From Saccharolobus solfataricus (GTDB taxonomy: Archaea; Thermoproteota; Thermoprotei_A; Sulfolobales; Sulfolobaceae): a stretch of DNA of 32,000 nt. The stretch spans positions 1,650,001 through 1,682,000 of the forward strand of contig NZ_LT549890.1 of the NCBI RefSeq assembly GCF_900079115.1. Reading direction: 5' to 3'. The position numbers and the translations under genes are program-made. This document shows, piece after piece, positions 27,161 to 32,000 of the stretch. The notes under the pieces are model-generated. The model had not been told where the DNA came from. It worked only from the letters and a program-made list of their open reading frames with translations, and searched no databases. Numbering within the stretch: the first letter of the stretch is position 1; every line of letters begins with the position of its first letter.

Positions 27161-27730
27161 TCACTCAGTATTGACGTCCAAAGGTTCACCGCACCTCTTC
27201 ACACTATACGTAAGGTCATTTACTCTCTTGGATATGGAGCGTAGGAACCTCGTTGCATCCCACATTAAGGTCTCGAAGTCCGTGTAAATCTTCGAGTAGA
27301 GCCTTTTCTTGAGGACTGCCCACGGCCCCTCCGCCGGACTCTTATCCGGAGAGTAAGGCGGCAGATAAACAAACTCCACCCCATTTTCCTCAAGGAATTC
27401 CCTCACTTCATTACCGTGTATTCTAGCATTATCCATCACTATCACGGTCTTCTCGTCCTTTATTACCTTCCTCAAGTAGAGTATAATATCTTTTGAGTTC
27501 AGCGAGGGCTTCTTGTATGTCGAATAGGAGAAAGTTATTCCCTCTTTACTAATCGTTATCCCGCCTACTACTGCAAACCTCTTCCTCTTAGGGTTGACCT
27601 TTATCCCTCCTCCGACCTTCATCCAGCCTTTACCCTTGTTTATGTAGGACACGTACGACTCATCGAAGATGTGTACCTTGTACCCTTCTCTTATTTTTTT
27701 AAAAGCTTCTCCCCTTGTTCCTTCACCCAC
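27161..27730 (-). CDS. IS630-family transposase orfB (DDE part, -1 frame relative to orfA)
   Basis: 189 aa. It has HIFDESY, IVMDNARIHG and PPYSPDKSP motifs. It overlaps orfA by 40 nt and is probably expressed as an orfAB fusion. Confidence 0.85.
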   Translation of the reverse strand: MGEGTRGEAFKKIREGYKVHIFDESYVSYINKGKGWMKVGGGIKVNPKRKRFAVVGGITISKEGITFSYSTYKKPSLNSKDIILYLRKVIKDEKTVIVMDNARIHGNEVREFLEENGVEFVYLPPYSPDKSPAEGPWAVLKKRLYSKIYTDFETLMWDATRFLRSISKRVNDLTYSVKRCGEPLDVNTE

Positions 27731-28149
27731 CTTTCTACAGCGTTATCGTCTCTAACGTAAGTTCTCTTTCCTTTCTTGTACTTGAAGCCTAACTTCTTGA
27801 GGACTGGGCTTAAACTCCTCGGGTTGTACTTTATCCCAAATTCCTTGTCAAGTATATACGCTATGAGCTTCAAGGTCCAGAAATCGTAGTTCAAGCCGAA
27901 ATCTCTTGGGCTCTTTTCTAAGATTCGGACGAGCTTTTCCTCGTCCTTCAGTTTCGTGGGTCCCTTCCTCGGCTTAGCGCTCAGGTCACCTTTCCTCAAC
28001 CACTTGTACACGGTAAAGATGGAGACGTCATACTTCTTGGCAACGTCCTTTATACTCATCCCGTTCCTCACATCTTTTACAGCGTTAATCCTCCTCTCTT
28101 CCTCTTGTTTCTTGTTGAGCCTTATACCGTGCATTCTGGATTTCGGCAT
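27691..28149 (-). CDS. IS630-family transposase orfA (HTH part)
   Basis: 152 aa. It has ..MSIKDVAKKYDVSIFTVYKWLRK.. and ends ..GEKLLKK* inside an A7 run. Confidence 0.85.
   Translation of the reverse strand: MPKSRMHGIRLNKKQEEERRINAVKDVRNGMSIKDVAKKYDVSIFTVYKWLRKGDLSAKPRKGPTKLKDEEKLVRILEKSPRDFGLNYDFWTLKLIAYILDKEFGIKYNPRSLSPVLKKLGFKYKKGKRTYVRDDNAVERWVKEQGEKLLKK
27694..27700 (-). other. candidate -1 frameshift heptamer A-AAA-AAA
   Basis: On the gene strand the sequence is CTT TTA AAA AAA TAA. Slipping -1 on A AAA AAA gives ..LLKKIREGYKVHIFDES.., which is collinear with the undivided outer transposase (..LKGVKVFFTDES..). Confidence 0.55.
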
Positions 28150-28941
28150 AACAATTTAGTATTACTCATGAAATATAAATCTTGCTCTTTAAAGTCTGAC
28201 GAAGTATAAGAAGGGTGTTAAGGTGTTTTTCACGGATGAGTCAGGTATTCATCACGATCCTTCCAAGGTTAGGAGATTGGGGTTGTATAATGTTCCCGTT
28301 GATTATCCCAGTAGGAAGCTTAATGTTCTCGCTTCTATTCCCTTGTTTGACGGTGTTCCTTGTTTCATGTTCACCTATTCCAATGTTAATTCCGAGATCT
28401 TTGCTGAGTTTCTTCGCTTGTTTAGGAATTCCGGTCCTATCGTGTTGATTCTTGATAATGCTAAGTTTCACAAGAATGCTTATGTTTTCTCCGTTGCTTC
28501 TCAGCTCGGCATTACCTTGCTTTTCTTACCTCCGTATTCTCCGGATTTGAATCCGATTGAGTTGGTCTGGAAGGACTTGAAGCGCTGGGTTAATACTTAT
28601 TATAATCTTGAGTACACTCTTGATTCGATGGAGGAGGAGTTCTATTATTTGTTTTTGAGGGAGTGTTCTCAAACAGTCATGAAATTCAAAAAACGTTTGT
28701 AAAAATATTGGAGTAGTATGGAAAAACGCTCGTTTAACGTTTAAGATATAGAAATTTGAACAAAGACATTATTTTAGAAAAGCTTATATGCAAGGCTTTT
28801 CGAGATCCATTCTAGTACTACCACAAAAAGATTTCATAACCCTCGCAAATAAACCTTTTTCAGAGGCCGTTTTTCACGTTCTAATTCCTTAGCTACATCT
28901 CAATTAAAACGATTAATTGTGAAAATTTCTAGTTTAATTTT

Positions 28942-28988
28942 ATTTTACTATATAATATCGAATAAGATGACTGCATGAGAACACTCCC
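28942..28988 (+). repeat. conserved ~47-bp motif copy
   Basis: ATTTTACTATATAATATCGAATAAGATGACTGCATGAGAACACTCCC is nearly identical to 31414-31460. Confidence 0.8.
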
Positions 28989-29083
28989 TCATGTTGTAAC
29001 CTTATTCTCTAATTTGTAATAAAATTATATCGTATCGACAGTTCTCTCAATTACTTGTTTTTAGAGGTAGCTAATAGAAATAA

Positions 29084-29248
29084 GGGCGATTTAAGTCTCC
29101 TTTGCGAATTGCAATTTGTGAATAATATAGTTGTAAAAATGTTAATATTGGTAGTCGTGCATCTCTACTAGTTAGTTATCTTCATTTAGTTTATTTCATA
29201 GCAATCTTTAAAATAAAGTGAATTCGCAAAAGAAGCCCGAATCTACCC
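29084..29248 (+). mobile_element. MITE copy 5, 165 bp
   Basis: GGGCGATTTAAGTCTCCTTTGCGAATTGCAATTT...AAAGTGAATTCGCAAAAGAAGCCCGAATCTACCC, with terminal inverted repeats of about 30 bp. It is inserted in the conserved leader upstream of the 29686 gene. Confidence 0.8.
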
Positions 29249-29685
29249 TTAACTCTGTGTGAAAGTGCAACAGATCCATGAAGCACAATATTGGACCCAG
29301 TGACGTTGTCAAAGTTAGGTAGGATCGAATAATTATCATAACTATAATATTTCATATCATACTATTATACGCTAAATTCAATCATAAAGAACAATATAAT
29401 ATATAATAAAGATCGAATAGAGATAATTGTACAGATTCACAATAAAATTTGCCGAAATCGTAACTAAACAATTAAACAAACCAATCAATAAGCGAAGACC
29501 CTAATCCTAGTCAACAAGACCTCAAGGGCATGAAAGAGGTCAAGGAAGAAGACTTATATAGGTGGCTAATAGTAAGCTTAAGATTCACCGTAAGATTTGG
29601 TACCAAACGCACAAATTCTTCCATTTAGTGTAACCTATTTGGATGAGAGTTTGATTTATAAGGTCTTATGTCCATATAAACATAT

Positions 29686-30657
29686 ATGAGTAGTGAAAGA
29701 TTGATTGACGAGATCTTAAAGAACCCACAGCTTATCTCAGCACTGGCCGATAAAGTTTATGAAAAATTAAAGGACGAGATTGTAATAAGAAAATTAGAGG
29801 AAAACACAAAGAGCATTCAAGCCCTACAAGAGGCTATAAAGAGACATGGGGATGCGATAGTTTCACTCCAAGAGGCTGTAAAGTCCTTACAAGAGGAGGT
29901 GAAGAGACAAGGTGAAGCCATTGTATCACTCCAGAAGACTGTTGAAAAACAAGGTGAAGCCATTGTATCACTCCAAGAAGAGGTGAAGAGACATGGGGAT
30001 GCGATAGTTTCACTCCAAGAAGAGGTGAAGAGACAAGGTGAAGCCATTGTATCACTCCAGAAGACTGTTGAAAAACAAGGTGAAGCCATTGTATCACTCC
30101 AAGAAGAGGTGAAGAGACATGGGGATGCGATAGTTTCACTCCAAGAGGCTGTAAAGTCCTTACAAGAAGAGGTGAAGAGACAAGGTGAAGCCATTGTATC
30201 ACTCCAAGAAGAGGTGAAAAAGCATTCTAAAGCTATTCTTAGGCTTGCTAAGAGTCAAAAAAGACTTTCGATTGAGTTGGGTAGTTTCACTTCGAGGGCT
30301 GGTAAGGGGTTGGAAAGAGCCATGCTAAAACTTTATAAAAAGTCTTTAGAATTGCACGGTGTAGATCCCAAGAGAGTTAAACATGGCAATATTGTCGATA
30401 CTGTTGGTATCATAGAGAAGGGTAGGTCCTTTGAGGTTGACTTTTACGAAACTAACGACTACATCTACGTTTTCGAGATAAAGAACTTCTCTGATAAGGA
30501 CGTTATTGACCAAGTTTTCGTAAGGAAGAAGTTGTTCTCGGTCTTGTATAACAAGCCTCTAAAAGTATTTGTTGTTACTAATTACATAGAGAGGGATGTT
30601 AAGGAGAAGCTTGAAAAGGAGGGAGTAGAGATTATTGCCTCCCACGTTATTGACTAA
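29686..30657 (+). CDS. coiled-coil (14-residue repeat) protein with a C-terminal PD-(D/E)xK nuclease-like domain (DUF3782 + DUF1626/PDDEXK_10-like)
   Basis: 323 aa. About ten GEAIVSLQEEVKRQ-type 14-aa repeats are followed by a globular domain with ..SFEVDFYE..YIYVFEIKNF.. (D ... E-x-K). The family names are recalled from memory. Confidence 0.7.
   Translation: MSSERLIDEILKNPQLISALADKVYEKLKDEIVIRKLEENTKSIQALQEAIKRHGDAIVSLQEAVKSLQEEVKRQGEAIVSLQKTVEKQGEAIVSLQEEVKRHGDAIVSLQEEVKRQGEAIVSLQKTVEKQGEAIVSLQEEVKRHGDAIVSLQEAVKSLQEEVKRQGEAIVSLQEEVKKHSKAILRLAKSQKRLSIELGSFTSRAGKGLERAMLKLYKKSLELHGVDPKRVKHGNIVDTVGIIEKGRSFEVDFYETNDYIYVFEIKNFSDKDVIDQVFVRKKLFSVLYNKPLKVFVVTNYIERDVKEKLEKEGVEIIASHVID
29896..30147 (+). 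repeat. 126-bp in-frame tandem duplication (2 copies) within a 42-bp periodic array
   Basis: 29896-30021 and 30022-30147 are identical except at the last base. A further repeat of about 88 bp links roughly 29836 and 30118 with one mismatch. Confidence 0.9.
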
Positions 30658-31135
30658 TTTTTGTTGTAAATTATGAGGGAGAATGTTAATACTAAAGATT
30701 TAAAGAATAGGTCGAATTACTATTTCCATTAAGTTTATAGTCTAGTATTACTATGTAAAAACAATATGAAAATTACGTCTATTGCAATGACCTAATAAAG
30801 CATATGGATCCTACAACTAATCATTCAATTTTCTTTTTAATCTAAGCTTATAAGTAACTTATTGATGGATGATGAGGTATAATAATTTTCTGGAAACACT
30901 ACGGTCTCCCTTAAGTAATACTCTCCAGTTTTACTTCAAGAGAAAATTCAAAATTTCTTGGTATCTTATCTTTTTTAATTTTTGAATAATTTTCTATAGA
31001 CTCGTCCATAGATTCATTCAATTATTTGCACTTGGAACACTCTTTCTAGTGAAGAAGTGCATGAGGGATTTGAGCAAATACTATGAGAACTCAATAGCGG
31101 GATATGAGTTAATGTTTGTTTCTACGTCATATTTA

Positions 31136-31159
31136 TAGTATACTATCCATAGTATACTA
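31136..31159. promoter_or_regulatory. two copies of the palindrome TAGTATACTA separated by TCCA (candidate operator)
   Basis: Copies lie at 31136-31145 and 31150-31159, directly before the ATG at 31161. The first copy overlaps an ATTTATA TATA-like box. Confidence 0.5.
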
Positions 31160-31160
31160 C

Positions 31161-31289
31161 ATGAGTGAACTAATCTCCGTTAGGTTAAAAAAGGAAATAG
31201 TAAAGGAAATTGATGAGATAGTATCTAGAGGGATTTTTCCATCCAGAAATGAAGCGCTAAACTTTCTAATGATACTAAGGTTTAAATGA
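31161..31289 (+). CDS. 42-aa ribbon-helix-helix (CopG-like) protein, probable antitoxin/autoregulator relic
   Basis: MSELISVRLKKEIVKEIDEIVSRGIFPSRNEALNFLMILRFK has the RHH pattern of a beta-strand followed by two helices. It is below the ORF-track length cut-off. A 29-aa ORF follows at 31299, and no toxin gene is present. Confidence 0.5.
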   Translation: MSELISVRLKKEIVKEIDEIVSRGIFPSRNEALNFLMILRFK

Positions 31290-31413
31290 AGTTAATAAAT
31301 GGAAAAACGTTGTAAAAAATCTAAGGAGGTTAAATTCCCAACAATTGAAAAAAGCTTGGAAGACTTCCTTTCAGAAAGGGATAGGTATTGAAATATAGGG
31401 AAAACTTGATGTA

Positions 31414-31460
31414 ATTTTACTATATGACATCGAATAAGATGACTGCATGAGAACACTCCC
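31414..31460 (+). repeat. conserved ~47-bp motif copy
   Basis: ATTTTACTATATGACATCGAATAAGATGACTGCATGAGAACACTCCC. Confidence 0.8.
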
Positions 31461-31595
31461 CACTCTTTAACTGAGAAATTTGAATCAGAACACAAATGAG
31501 TTGGGGGCAACATTTTCATTCATTTGAAACCTAGTTTAAATCCCCTTATATCGCTTTCGCCAAATATTTTAATTGTGTAGTGTTGATATATATTA

Positions 31596-32000
31596 TTATA
31601 TCCCTATATTGAAACTTGGACCACCTTGTTGACCTTGAGGTAAGTATGGCCTTAATGACGCTGCCAACTGTTCAACTGTCAATGTGTGTAACCATACTTT
31701 CCCTGGCCCTTCGATATCTACGAAGAACAGGCCTTCTCCAGAGAATAATATGGACTTTATTCCTCCAACCCGCTGAATGCCATATCTCATACCTTCTTCA
31801 AATGCCATTAAATGAGCAGCTTCAACTTGCAACCTCTCTCCGGGGTCAAGGTATCTCTCAATTAAGCCTCCGTAGGCGTGTAGGAATACATTCCCAGTTC
31901 CCCTAAACTTGGCCAAAAATATACCTTCTCCTCCCAACCATCCTACACTTAGCTTATTTAAGGTAGCATCATAATTTACACCGTTTTCCGCACATAAGAA
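31596..32000 (-). CDS. AIM24/DUF124 (TIGR00266) family protein, C-terminal part; N-terminus lies outside the window
   Basis: GEGIFLAKFRGTGNVFLHAYGG...GEGLFFVDIEGPGKVWLHTL matches the repeated GE-x-F ... G-x-G-x-V pattern of the family. The frame remains open upstream of the listed Met to the window edge (..CAENGVNYDATLNKLSVGWL). Confidence 0.75.
   Translation of the reverse strand, partial: FLCAENGVNYDATLNKLSVGWLGGEGIFLAKFRGTGNVFLHAYGGLIERYLDPGERLQVEAAHLMAFEEGMRYGIQRVGGIKSILFSGEGLFFVDIEGPGKVWLHTLTVEQLAASLRPYLPQGQQGGPSFNIGI

Larger units (their letters stand above)
27126..28209 (-). mobile_element. inner IS630-family element, 1084 bp
   Basis: 29-bp terminal inverted repeats TTATACTTCGTCAGACTTTAAAG(G/A)GCAAG at 27126-27154 and, reverse-complemented, 28181-28209. 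It is flanked by AAGGGTGTTA at 27116-27125 and 28211-28220, with one extra G at 28210. Confidence 0.85.
26675..28702 (+). pseudogene. IS630-family transposase disrupted by the nested IS
   Basis: The N-terminal part is an HTH (..KIAKILQVHLSTVYRWINQF..) ending ..RERLKGV at 27125. The C-terminal DDE part (FFTDESG, LDNAKFH, PPYSPDLNPIE) starts at 28221. Joining 27125 to 28221 gives one in-frame 310-codon ORF reading ..RERLKGVKVFFTDESG.. Confidence 0.8.
26575..28745 (+). mobile_element. outer IS630-family element (ISC1048/ISC1078-like) interrupted by a second IS; ends approximate
   Basis: The transposase halves lie at 26675-27125 and 28221-28702. I could not define the terminal repeats; the left limit is placed at the hairpin at 26575 and the right limit about 40 bp after the stop. 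Confidence 0.5.

Noticed and set aside
27956-28471. ORFs 27956-28159 (+), 28215-28448 (+) and 28241-28471 (-)
   Set aside because: They are antisense to IS630 orfA, or out of frame or antisense to the outer transposase C-terminal part.
29817-30202. ORFs 29817-30194 (-) and 29834-30202 (-)
   Set aside because: They are antisense products of the 42-bp periodic repeat array. Their own periodic sequence simply mirrors the sense-strand repeats.
31292-31906. ORFs 31292-31519 (-) and 31616-31906 (+)
   Set aside because: The first runs through the conserved 47-bp motif and intergenic DNA and has no features. The second is antisense to the AIM24-family gene.

Overview
AT-rich crenarchaeal sequence, Sulfolobales-like, with GC-rich insertion sequences. 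All family, IS and MITE names are from motif recognition and memory; no search was run. It looks like an accessory, decaying region. Housekeeping content: a surface-glycan cluster (frameshifted rmlD, rmlA, rmlB, Wzx-like flippase, FkbM methyltransferase, frameshifted GT4 glycosyltransferase), a doxD/doxA quinol-oxidase pair, and the 3' part of an AIM24/DUF124 gene. Mobile DNA: two divergent ISC1439-type IS copies, each with a perfect 9-bp target duplication; one GC-rich DDE IS splitting a second, heavily decayed rmlB paralog; a decayed IS5-like element; a 5'-truncated IS5-like transposase fragment; one IS630-family element nested inside another; and five copies of a ~164-bp MITE. Three vapBC loci are present, one with a dead toxin. 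There is also an orphan Cas DxTHG-motif gene and two paralogous coiled-coil genes, one fused to a PD-(D/E)xK nuclease-like domain. The most unusual signals: (1) a ~330-nt GC-rich, hairpin-dense island between an ABC/AAA-type ATPase gene and a degenerate Toprim-like ORF, which could be an unclassified structured RNA or a novel insertion in a relic two-gene defence module; (2) 184-bp near-perfect direct repeats bracketing a vapBC cassette; (3) a conserved ~47-bp promoter-like motif present in 3-4 copies; (4) a perfect 126-bp in-frame tandem duplication in the coiled-coil/nuclease gene; (5) an A-AAA-AAA -1 frameshift site joining orfA and orfB of the nested IS630 element.
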